From Camelus dromedarius (Eukaryota): a stretch of 64,000 nt of DNA. Below, in pieces: positions 1-10,743 of the stretch. Under the pieces are notes generated by a model. The model searched no databases, had not been told where the DNA came from, and saw only the letters and a list, made by a program, of their open reading frames with translations. The stretch is taken from positions 27,530,001 through 27,594,000 of the forward strand of contig NC_087437.1 of assembly GCF_036321535.1 (NCBI RefSeq), read 5' to 3'. How positions within the stretch are numbered: the stretch's first letter is position 1; every line of letters begins with the position of its first letter. The translations under genes were made by a program, and so were the position numbers.

Positions 1-1039
1 CCAGAAATATGGGGCCGAGAACTTATTTTCTTAAAAGAATCCATGAGCTGGAGGAGCCTTGTCTCGTTACAGATGGTGAAACTAAGGCCTGGGGGAATTA
101 AGGCCTCGCCCGAGCTGCACATTTAGACCCCAGTGTGCCAGCACTCAATTATGTTTCTTAAAATGAAAATGTTGGAGGGAAACTGTGGTTAGAAAGGAGG
201 CCAGCAGGTCAGCCCAGGCTCTCCCCTTGCCCCCTGCAGCACACTGGTTTGCAAACAGTTTAGGGTCTGCAACTGTTTGAATTTGAATACCACCGTGACC
301 ACTGTTCTCATGGAGTTCGCAACTCGGGGTGCTCACAGTTTGCGTCCTGGTGTTTTTTATGATCTTTGGGCAGGGGCCGGGCTCTGGTTAATGAAGGCTG
401 GTGAGCGGTGTTTCTCCAGCAGCTTGTGGGCTCCAAGTCAGCCTTCTCCCCGGAGCTGCTGTTTTAGGTTCGTGGTTTGAAAGTTTTTTAAGGCGCGTAA
501 TCCCCTTTCCCACCTGGATTGGTCCAAAGACATTTTTTCCATCGGTAGCTTCAAATCTGAGAGTGACAGACATGATTAGACAGAGTTGTTTTAAAGTGAG
601 GTGTAGATAGCTTCCCAGAGGTTGCTGTTTTCCCTTTTTAATGAAATAGTAGAATTTTGGAAATATTTTGAAGGCAGAGGTGTTTTGCACATTCTTGGAA
701 TGTGAAGTCGGTTGTAAGGGTGGCTGAGTCTATGCCCTGTCACTCCCCTGGCCAGTCCTTTTGGTTTTTTGCCTTTTTGTTGACTCTGCAGTGTTACCAG
801 GTCAGCATACAGCCCATCTCACCTTTCAGCTGGGAGGTGTGACTGTCCTGTTTGATGCTTGCTTATAAAACAATAGCGGGGAAGTCTCTGAAAAAGAACT
901 TTTAAAGGTTATCTTGTTTCTTCTTAGTCACTGAAGTTCATTTCCCCCCACCCCCCTTGAGTGGTTATGGTCTTTTCTTATGAAGTCTGAGTAACACGTT
1001 TTCAAAGCGCAGGACACATTTTATGAACTCTGTTGTTAC

Positions 1040-1140
1040 CTTCCAGGAGAAGGCTTTTGCAGAGACTCTCCCTTGCCTTTGCTTGTGTTTTGGTCAAGTG
1101 GATAAGAAAATTCTAGCAACATATGTTTCTTGACTTTGTA
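1040..1140 (-). other. Possible non-coding first exon of GPR171
   Basis: Donor GAAG|gtaac at 1040/1039, ETS site AGGAAGTG at 1261-1268 upstream, and known gene order. Sequence identity not verified. Confidence 0.35.
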
Positions 1141-3047
1141 GGCTGCGTTCCGGGCTCCCATCCTAGACGGCATTTTTGTTGCCGTTAGCAGGTTACAGCG
1201 TAGAAGGGGTGATAAGGAGAATGTAGGTGGGCCCTGGCCTGTCAGAGCCCTTAAGGGTCCAGGAAGTGCAGTCTTCTGACGGAGGTGGTGAGAGCTGCTT
1301 CTGAGAAGTGAGGGGAGTGGCGGTGCCCTTGGGGGAAGAGGCACGTGACTGGGCTGTGGGGAGGGTGTTTGGGGACTCCGTCAGTCTGGGTGCGTGGAGC
1401 GTGTGAGCAGGGCCTGTGTGAGGAAAGGCTGGGACCAGATCTCAGATCCATCTGGCCAGTCTTGGGTGCTTCAGTTAGAAGCAGTGGAGAGCTCAGGGAA
1501 GTTGTGCGAGGAGAGGCCCTGCCAGTTCCTCAGTACTGAGTGAGTCTGCAGGCGTCAGAGTGTGTTGGCTTGGGGGAGAAAGGGGAAGACAAGAAGCCAG
1601 TTAGGGGATGATCGCAATCATTTTAGGCGAGAGGCAGTAAGGATCTGAAATGGGCTGGGGGAAGAGAAGGGCGGTTGGGAACCGCGGCAGAGGTGAAATC
1701 TCTGTGCTGCAGTGTGGGGCTGGCCGGGGAGCAGACTGTGGTCTCATTCCTGGAAAGGGACCCTGCGGAAAGAATCTGGTTTGGCAGGAAGAGAGGCGAG
1801 TTTGGTGTTACTGGCTTCCTGTGCCTTTAGTGCTGCCTCGCTGTTTGATATAGGTTAGATTGCTTTTTATTTTGTCCCTTTCGTCTTGCTACCACAAAAG
1901 GAGAGCCGGCAGCTTCCTTTTACGAGTTGAAACTGACACTACGGAAGGTGGCTGGCGAAATGGTACAAATCCGGCCCTGGTCACATCAGCTGAGGCCCCG
2001 CTGCATCAGCCCTTTGACTGAAGCCATGCCCACAGCTGTGGCCCTACAGGTCTGTCGGCCAGTACATCTCTTTTTATTGCATCAGCCCAATTTTAGTTTA
2101 GTTTTTTGGGGTTTTTTTGGTCACCTACAAATGAGAAAGTCTTGATCCATTGGCTTTGCCTAAAAGATTAATCTCTAGACTCTAAAAACATCCTTTAATG
2201 AAGCTTTGTTTCTGCTTGACGGTGTCAGTGAAGTATGTGCCATTAGTTTTCCATTCTGTCCTGAACCCTAGTGCTGCTACCTATGTATTCTGATGGTGGA
2301 GAGAAAGAGGGGGAAAAGACATTTTTATTAAAATAGAAAATATCTGTGACATCAAGAGATGCTATCATACAAATAACAAACATAAGAGACCATCTGCCCA
2401 AAACGACACGGGATTTCCTTTTGGGTAAAGGGCGCCTTGAGGGTTTGTGTGTTTGGGGTGGGAGAGAACTGGTGCTGTGTGGTCTTTAACAGTAAAAGCT
2501 GCTTCTTCCTTTTGGTCACCTATACTCTGGAAGATTCCAGTGGCATGCGGATAACCACTTCATGACAGGACATCCCCAAAAGAGCCGCGTTAACAAAGTG
2601 TCGTCTTCCTTTCCCACGCGCCAGTTTTCAGAATGCTTTAACCATTTCGTAGCACTGCTTGTAAAAAAGTGATGAAGTGTTGTATTACTTTAGCTGTAGC
2701 AAGTATACATTACAAGCCTTATTTATAAACTAACTACAAAAGGGAAACAAATTATTCCATGAAACGATAGAAAAAAATCGTACTTGTGATCTCAGAGAAG
2801 TTCTGGATTAATCCACTCTGCTGTTGATCTACTACTTTATTTTTTGTTGTAGCTCTGAACCTTAAAGTTCATTTTCAAAAACATTAAAAATTTTTCTTAT
2901 ATTCATTGCTCTTATTTACCCAACTTCTCACTATTTGAATAAACCCCTTATAATCTGGCTTCTAACTCTAATACCTTACTGAAATTCCTCTCACTGAAGT
3001 CTTAAATGATCTTCAGAAGTTAAATCCAAAGGTTTATTTGTTTGTAA

Positions 3048-3270
3048 TCTTTTTTTTTTTTTTTGGCATGGCTCTCTTCAGTTTATTGCATGAAGGACTC
3101 ACACTAGTCCAAGTTAAAAGCAGACCCCAAATGGTTACATTATGCAAACTGTGAGGTTTTACCTTGTAACAAAGGGCAGAAGGGAAATTCTACTCATTGC
3201 AAGGAAATCCTCACTTAAGCTTCAGTGAGCCAAAAGCGCTTAAAACCCAAGAACCTTCATCTGCTCATCC
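3048..3270 (-). pseudogene. EIF1: 5'-truncated processed pseudogene of EIF1 (last codons, 3'UTR, poly(A))
   Basis: Minus strand reads GAT GAG CAG ATG AAG GTT CTT GGG TTT TAA (DEQMKVLGF*, vs EIF1 DDQLKVHGF*), then an EIF1-like 3'UTR, AATAAA (3087-3082) and poly(A) (3050-3064). Exact 13-bp TSD TATTTGTTTGTAA at 3035-3047 and 3271-3283. Confidence 0.9.
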
Positions 3271-3295
3271 TATTTGTTTGTAACCTTGATCTGAC

Positions 3296-5110
3296 TTTTT
3301 CTTTTTTTTTTTAATTAAAGTATGATTAACTTACAATATCATGTTAGTTTCATGTGTACAACATAGTGATTCAATATTTTTATACAAGATGATCACCATG
3401 ATAAGTCTAGTTATTGTTACCAAAGTTATTACAGTAGTATTGATTATACTCTATGTGCTGTATATTATATCTGTATGGTTTGATTGGCTTTCTAACTGGA
3501 AGTTTGTACCTCTTAATCTCTCTCATCTATTTCACTGTCTCCACTGTCCTCTCCCCTCCCCCATCCTCCTGGCAACCACCAGTTTATTCTCTGTATCTGT
3601 GAGTAGGTTTCTGATTTGTTGTTTGTTTGTTTTTTAGATTTTACATAAAAGTGAAACTATACGGTATTTGTCTTTCTCTGACTTCACTTAGCATAATATT
3701 CTCTGAGTCCATCCACGTTGTTACAAATGACAAGATTTCATTCCTTTTCATGGCTGAGTAATATTCCATTGTGTATATACACGTGTGTGTGTATCTTGCA
3801 TATTCTTTATCCATTCATCTACTGATGGACACTCAGGTTGCTTCCATATCTTGGCTATTATAAATAATGCTGCAGTGAACATAGGGATGCATATATTTTT
3901 TGAATTAGTGATTTTGTTTTCTTTGGAAAAAATACCCAGAAGTAGAATTGCTGGATCATATGGTAGTTCTATTTTAATTTTTTGAGGATCCTCCATACTG
4001 TTTTCCATGGTGATTGTACCAATCTACATTCCCTCCAGCAGTGCATGAGGGTTCCCTTTTCTCCATCATCTTTAATACATGTTACTTCTTGTCTTTTTGA
4101 TGACAGCTGTTCTGACAGGTGTGAAGTGGTATCTCAGTGTAGTTTTGACTTGCATTTTCCTGATAATTAGTGATTTGAACATCTTTTCTTGTGCCTGTTG
4201 GCTATCAGTATGTCTTTGGAAAAATGTCTATTCAGGTCTTCTGTCCATTTTTTTAATCAAGTCACATGGTTTTTTGATGTTGAGCTATATGAGTTCATTG
4301 TATGTTTTGGATATTAACCCCTTATTAGATGTACTATTTGCGAATATCTTCTTCTATTCAGTAGGTGGCCTTTTTGCTTTGTTGATAGTTCCCTTTGCTG
4401 AATAAAAGTTTTTTAGTTTGAGGTAGTCCCACTTGTTTTTATTTTTGCTTTTGTTACCCTTCTCTGAGGATACATGTACAAAATTTATTGCTAAGACCAA
4501 TGTCAAAGAGCATATGGCTTATGTTTTCTTCTAGGAGTTTTATGGTTTTTAGGTCTTACATTTAAGTCTTTAATCTATTTTGAGTTTATTTTTGTATATG
4601 GTATAAGAAAGTAGTCCAGTTTCTTTCATTTGCATATTGCTGTTCAGTTTTTATCAACAACATTTGTTGAAGAGGCTGTCTTTCCCCAATTGTATATTCT
4701 TGCCTCCTTTGTCATAGATTAATTGTTCATATAAGTATGGGTTTATCTCTGGACATCCATTCTGTTCCATTGGTGTATGTGTCTGTTGTTTTGCCAGTAC
4801 CATCCTGTTTTGATTACTGTAACCTTGTAGTATAGTTTGAAATCAGGGCATGTGATACCTCCAGCTTTGTTCTTCTTTCTCAAGTTGTCTTGGCCTTTTG
4901 TGTTTCCTACAAATTTGAGAATTATTTGTTCTCATTCAGTGAAAAATACCATTGGTATTTTAGTAGGGATTGCATTGAGTCTGTAGATAGCATTGGGTAG
5001 TATGATCATTTTAACAATATTAAGTCTTCCAGTTTGTAAGTACCATATGTCTTCCATTTGTTGGTGACATCTTCAGTGTCTTACAGTTTTCTAAGTATGG
5101 ATCTTTTACC
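3296..5110 (-). mobile_element. LINE-1, 5'-truncated (ORF2 3' part, 3'UTR, poly(A))
   Basis: ORF 3748-4008 ([14 protein letters not shown]...MFTAALFIIAKIWKQPECPS) is L1 ORF2p C-terminus; poly-T at 3296-3312. Confidence 0.95.
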
Positions 5111-5837
5111 TTAAAAGCTCTAATTTGCAGTAACTGTTACTTAACTCTTATTTCACAATATCCTTATTGTCATTGCATGTTTTTTTTCCTGAAAAATCTT
5201 GTCTTTCACATTTCTGATTGGCTTTGGCACAATGATTACACAATCATTACTTGGTGCTTCTCATCTTCTTTTATACTTTCTTTTTCTCCCGTGACCCAGC
5301 AGGGGGCATATAAAACAACAGTATTTGCTAATTTGTCCTGGCCAATAGAAACTGAATAAACACGGCTACTTTCTTTTGCAAATACATTTAGCCAAACAAG
5401 TGCTGTAGCAAGTTTAGTGTTGCTAGGCACGTTTATTGTGGGTTGGTGCTTTTGTCCTTTTTAGGAGAGGATATTTGATCCAGAGCTGGGAGCAGGGAGC
5501 TTTTACTAGGGTGGAAGGTGGAGACAAAGTGTGGACACCTTCCCAGTTCTTCTTCAGTTTGAGATTTGTTTTCTGAGTTTTGCCTAAAATCCGATGAGGT
5601 TCTAGAACATATGAAGTACTTATTTAAATACCACTGAAAAGTCAGCGGTAAATAGGATTTTAAAAATTCTCTGTAACTTCTTCCTGTGTGTTCCTCTGGT
5701 TCCTGTGTCTTCTGTTAATATGTACAACTGAGTGTATTAAAGAAATTATGCATGTCCTGACTATGAGGAAATCTGATAGTGTTATTTGATATGTTGACTA
5801 TTAAGAAAAAAATTGACATTATTTTAAAAATATGTTT

Positions 5838-5843
5838 TTTATT
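5838..5843 (-). terminator. Likely P2RY14 polyadenylation signal AATAAA
   Basis: TTTATT on the + strand ~1.15 kb after the stop codon. Alternatives exist at 6105-6110 and 6844-6849. Confidence 0.5.
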
Positions 5844-6982
5844 AGTATATATATATGTGATAAAGCTTGAAGTACATATGAACGTGACTTACAAAATTAC
5901 TTTAGGAGACCATTTGAATGATGGGCTGAATGTCTTCTAGCCAGTTAATAGCAGAGAAAGAATTTAGTTTTGATGACTCACAGGCCAGCAACCATATTCC
6001 ATATCTGCACACATAAAATTTTTTTGCTTTTCAGAAAATGTGATGTGTAAATTTTCATTTTATGTGTAATTTCTCACTCACTATTGTAAATGTTAGATTT
6101 TCTTTTTATTAAGTCCAGTTGCTTTCTAAGAAAACTACTTTTCTCCACTCCTAGAGAGTAATAATGTATGTTGCCAGCCTAGGGTATTTGTGTGTGTCTT
6201 TTCTCAGTCAACCTGTATTTTTTGCACACCACTGAACAGGGCAGTTTGCTGGCAACCTGTGCCAATATCTAGAATCTCTCCGTAGAGTTTGCTTAAACAT
6301 ATTCTAACACCAGAATCCCAGGCTTACTAAGTGGTTTAACTAAACTTCATATAAAACATATTTAAAATGTATCTTAACTCCAAAATGCTATCAGAGAAAA
6401 AATTTGTATTTTTTACCACAGTATACAGAATTTCTATCTACTTTCCTTTGAGATACTAGTGGGGGATTTCTTAAGTAATTTTTTGGGTGTCTACTTATCC
6501 TGCTTCTTCAAATCAGAGAAAACTTGACCTTTTTTTTTTTTTTTTACTACAAGCAGGCCTCTAATCCTTTATCAAACTGTGCCTTCTTTTAAGGTGGTCT
6601 TTAATGACCCTGTTGAAAAAAGTTGCATACCTTGCTAACTTAATTCTTGTGTTTAGAGAAGGGAGATGCACCTGTGAATTGTCTTGATTGCTTCCTATTT
6701 TCTTTGCTATTTAAAGTTCTATATTAACTGACCAGATTATTGATTACAAATTTAAACCTTCTATTTTGATGGGATGAGACTGAATAACATATTATTTTTT
6801 CCTTGATGTTACCAAAAAAAAGCATGGAAACTTACATTTTAATTTTATTATTGTACTAAATTGGTTAGTAGTGCCTAGAGATGATACTTACTATCATGGA
6901 TATGCTTCTTATCCACTTTTTAATTATGTAATAGAAGTTTACAATATGTATGCCCAGATTTTATTTGAAAAACCGTGGGATT

Positions 6983-8002
6983 TCACAAAGTGTCTGTGCT
7001 TTCTTGCGTTATATTTCCCCTTCTGGTTTTGGAAGTTTCTGAGTCATGCTGAACTTTTAATGGGATGTGTAATTTCTTACATAAGATTTCTCTAAATGGC
7101 TGGCATAGAAAGAAATAAATAATGGGGTCCAGGCATATGTTTGCAGCCGACAGTAGCAGGGAGAATTCTTTCACATAGAGAAGGATTTCTTTGGACTGGC
7201 AGCTAAAATGGGTTTCTGTCTGGCTCCGCGTGTAGGGGACTCTGGCAACGTGGTAAGGGACAAAACAGACAAAAAATACGAGCATGATGCTGAATATATT
7301 GCGGCTGGATTTCTTCTTGACCGAGACAGAATTCTTTTTGGACTTAAGGTGGGACTTAAAGATTTTCCTCGTGATAGCAGTGTAGAAAATGATTAACGAA
7401 AGGAACACAATCCAGAAGATGCCTATAAAGATGTAGTTTGAGGCTTTGTGCCACTTGAGGCCCAGTTCGTTTTTAAGGTCCACACATTTTATCCGCGTGA
7501 CCTCCTTGACGCTCTGGTTGGTCAGGATCATGTTGGGGACGGCAAGCAGGAGCGTGAGTGCCCACACCAGCACCGACAGGAGTTTGCTGTTGTTCACCGA
7601 CTGGATGAAGGACGTCAGGAGGGGCTTCACGATTTTATAATACCTGTCGAAGCCGATGAGCCCAAAGAACATGATGCTGACGTACATGTTGATGTAGAAG
7701 AGCACGGCGGAAACCCTGCACACGAACACGTTCAGCTGCCAGGGGCCCAGGCCCGAGTCGCCCAGAATCTTGAAGGGGAACGTCAGGCTCATCAGAAAGT
7801 CGGCCACGACGATGTTCTTGAGATAGACGATGAAACTTTTGGAGCTGGGCACAGAGAGGAACACCCACCCCGACACACCGTTGAGCAGGACCCCGGCCAC
7901 GAAGACCACGAAGTAGAGCCCGGGGATGATTTGCTGGGTTATGAGGGTGTTCTGGGGACAGGAGCCCTCTGAGGGCTGGCTGGTGGCGGTGGCATTCGTC
8001 AT
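6983..8002 (-). CDS. P2RY14: P2Y purinoceptor 14 (UDP-glucose receptor, GPR105), 339 aa, single coding exon
   Basis: 7-TM class A GPCR with [44 protein letters not shown] and [11 protein letters not shown] motifs; C-terminus ...ESTDTL matches recalled human P2RY14. ATG at 8002-8000 lies 21 nt after a splice acceptor (cttccag|, exon starts 8023); TGA stop at 6985-6983. Confidence 0.98.
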   Translation of the reverse strand: MTNATATSQPSEGSCPQNTLITQQIIPGLYFVVFVAGVLLNGVSGWVFLSVPSSKSFIVYLKNIVVADFLMSLTFPFKILGDSGLGPWQLNVFVCRVSAVLFYINMYVSIMFFGLIGFDRYYKIVKPLLTSFIQSVNNSKLLSVLVWALTLLLAVPNMILTNQSVKEVTRIKCVDLKNELGLKWHKASNYIFIGIFWIVFLSLIIFYTAITRKIFKSHLKSKKNSVSVKKKSSRNIFSIMLVFFVCFVPYHVARVPYTRSQTETHFSCQSKEILLYVKEFSLLLSAANICLDPIIYFFLCQPFREILCKKLHIPLKVQHDSETSKTRRGNITQESTDTL

Positions 8003-8547
8003 TGCAATGTTCAAAGGTGAGACCTGGAAGGTGAGGCAAGTAGGTGAGCAGGACACTCAGGGCCTTTGAGTCATTTGCCAGGGGATAGCAAAGGGCAGTA
8101 AATAGACCTGAGACCACCAAGTTCTTGAAACTAAGTTCTTGCTGTATGTTTGCTAGGTACCCTACCCCATCCTCCCTCCCTCCCTCCCTCATCCCTTCTC
8201 CCTTTCCTTCCTTTTGAAAAGGGAAGAATAGAGTTGACAGATGACAAGGAAGAAAAATTTGAGAAGCGGGACTGTCTGAGAACTGAGGTAATAATGGAGA
8301 CCAGCATTTCCCTAAAATGATAAGGGTTCCTGTAAAACTCCAGAGTGCTTTACCAGCATACACGTCTGAATGAGACTGGTACTTTCAGTATAGGAATATG
8401 GGTGTCTTTCAAAACTGAGACATTCTGTGTTTTTTTTTTTTCCATTTAAAACCTGATTTGTATTATTTTGATAAATTAGGAAACAAACGCAAATGATGAA
8501 AGTACCTTAAGTATCCTGAGAAATGCTCCCCAGGGTGCATTCTAGAT

Positions 8548-8853
8548 CTCCACTGCCCAGCGCGGCGGCCCCTAGCCATGAATGGCCAAAGAGCACCCGA
8601 GGCAGGGCCAGTCCAGACTGAGATGTGACGTAAAATGCACACTGAATTTCACAGACTTAGGGTGAAAAAAAGAATGTAAAATATCTCAATATTTTTAATA
8701 TTGATTACATGTTGAAATAATATTTTAGGAATATTCCAGTAAATTATGTTTTTAATTTTAATTTCACTTAATTTTGCATTTTTAAGAAGATGAGTACTAG
8801 AAAATTTAAAATTGCATAGGTGGCTTGCATCACACTTTTATTGGACAGTGCTG
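8548..8853 (-). mobile_element. MER33 (hAT-Charlie)
   Basis: Ends ...TATTGGACAGTGCTG; the AT-rich core matches the recalled MER33 consensus. Confidence 0.8.
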
Positions 8854-8908
8854 CCCTAGGTATTAATTACCCAGAACCTTCCTTCATCAGAGAATTCTGT
8901 ATATTCTT

Positions 8909-9050
8909 TTCTCCTTTTTTTCTTTTTTTTGGGGGGGGGGAGGCAGTAATTAGGGTTATTTATTTAATTTCAGAAGAGCTACTGGAGATGGAACCCAGGA
9001 CCGTGTGTGTGCTAAGCATGCACTCTACCACTTGAGCTGTACCTTCCCCC
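8909..9050 (-). mobile_element. Vic-1-type camelid tRNA-derived SINE
   Basis: A and B boxes on the minus strand, A-rich tail, and TSD TGTATRTTCTT at 8898-8908 and 9051-9061. Confidence 0.9.
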
Positions 9051-9601
9051 TGTATGTTCTTCACTGATGTTGGACATAATGATTTAGGGCTCAAGGAAGA
9101 TTAGAACTTTTCTGGAAGGTTATTTGATATATCCAAGAAAACATTTATTGCCCATCTTATATGTAATGTTAACAACCTGCTTAACCCTTCAGCGGTCCAG
9201 TCCTCGTCCTCAGGATACAGTGCAACTCTTTAAGCCTGAGCTACCAGACGTCCCTTCTTGGTCTGATCCCTACTGATTCCACCTCCAGCTATGAGTTCCC
9301 ACTGGTCCGGACTCTTCTACCTCCTTGTAGGTTCCATGATTTCTCTCACCTTGAACCTTTGCACTGACTTTCTTCTGCTACCTTCTTGGCTGGCTAACTT
9401 CTCTTTATCCTTGAGGCCTCAGCTTGGATGCCTCTTTCTCTCAGAAACTTCGCTCTTCCCATCCTTGCTTGGGGTGGATTGGGTGTGAGGTCCCTTATGT
9501 GTGTGCTCACAGTTCTGTGCTTCTTCCCGACCACAACACTCATCTCTCTGTTTTTTGATTCTTCTGCTACTGTAAGCTCCTTCAGAGGAGGGAGACCATG
9601 T

Positions 9602-9624
9602 CGTCATCATCATCATCATCATCA

Positions 9625-9672
<48 letters not shown>
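9602..9672. repeat. Compound microsatellite (CAT)n(TAT)n
   Basis: Directly visible trinucleotide runs. Confidence 0.97.
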
Positions 9673-9676
<4 letters not shown>

Positions 9677-10624
9677 TATATTCCTAGTATTATATTTAGG
9701 ACATTAGATATTTAAAGTATTTGTGAAGTAAATAAATATGCAGCCTGAGAATACAGGACATGAATCCCTGCTCTTAAGAACTTTACATCTAGTCAAGGAT
9801 CATGGAAAGGAAAGATTGTGGAGGACAGTGGGTTCCTCGAGGACAGAGAGTATATATCTTGTTCTTTGTATTTCTGGTGCCAAGTATATGGTGCTTTATA
9901 TGCAGTCAGTGAAGGGCTCTGTCAGTGAAATTAAGGAAATGTGAGAAAGTAGAATTTGGAAATGTGGAATGTGAAATTTGGTCTCATTGCAAATTAAAAA
10001 AAATCATACACTCAAACTTTGTGTGCTACTTTTCACACAGTATCTTGCTTCTGTGTACTCTTCCTGCATGCATTTGGCAAAACTAGAACTATTTCTAGCT
10101 GCTCAATTTTGCCAGTCCTTGAACTTTTGGAAGGAAATCTTAGCCCCTGCACACTTGGCTCTGATCATAAAGGGTTTGTAGTTAGCTTGCTTCTTTGTAG
10201 GTCTTCTGTGGTCTGCTTTATATTTTCAATAATAAGTGAAGGGGTCACATTTTCTGTTTTTAACTGTCCATGGTGGCAGAGAGGCTGTGTCTAGTAAACA
10301 ATTGGTCTTGTCCCCTGATAGTAAGGTGCAGCTTAGTCTAAGAGCCCGTCTCCCAGAGCTTGAGAGAATGCTCCCAGGGGTCCCAGTGCTGGGGACTCAG
10401 CCCTTCAGTCAGTGTGGTGTGGTGCACGTGATACGTATTCCGTAATTGTTGGATTCACTGGAATTTAAAATATAAAATTGAAAAAAATATTGGATGTCAG
10501 TACATTTTAAATCAGAGAGAGATATTAGCTATATAATTACATAGTGAAATAATAATTTCTAGAAATGATTTGGTGAGTACCAAATTTCTCTCCTCATAGA
10601 AAAATTATAGAAGGCACCATCTAA

Positions 10625-10743
10625 GGGTGGGAGGGTATAGCTCAGTGGTAGAGCATGTGCTTAGCATGCACAAGGTCCTGGGTTCAATCCCCAGTACCTC
10701 CATTAAAAAAAAGCACAACAACTTATTAAAAAAAAAAAAAAAA
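10625..10743 (+). mobile_element. Vic-1-type camelid tRNA-derived SINE
   Basis: GGGAGGGTATAGCTCAGTGGTAGAGC...GGTTCAATCCCCAGTACCTCC followed by an A-rich tail. Confidence 0.92.

Noticed and set aside
3341..4405. Several short ORFs including an L1 ORF2-like peptide
   Set aside because: Fragments of a truncated, decayed L1; not host genes.
3048..5110. EIF1 fragment as an L1 3' transduction
   Set aside because: The EIF1 piece is bounded by its own TSD, indicating a separate insertion.
8003..8056. 18-aa N-terminal extension of P2RY14 in the ORF track
   Set aside because: It starts at a GTG inside the intron and crosses the splice acceptor at 8024; the orthologous start is the ATG at 8002.
7448..8363. 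174-aa (+) and 242-aa (-) ORFs overlapping P2RY14
   Set aside because: Shadow frames kept open by the high GC content of this CDS segment; no recognisable protein features.
9419..9715. Poly-Ile/Met and poly-His/Tyr ORFs
   Set aside because: Translations of the (CAT)n(TAT)n microsatellite.
10625..10701. tRNA-like sequence (also at 8975-9050 and 51839-51912)
   Set aside because: SINE heads with A-rich tails and TSDs and a poorly pairing acceptor stem; not tRNA genes.
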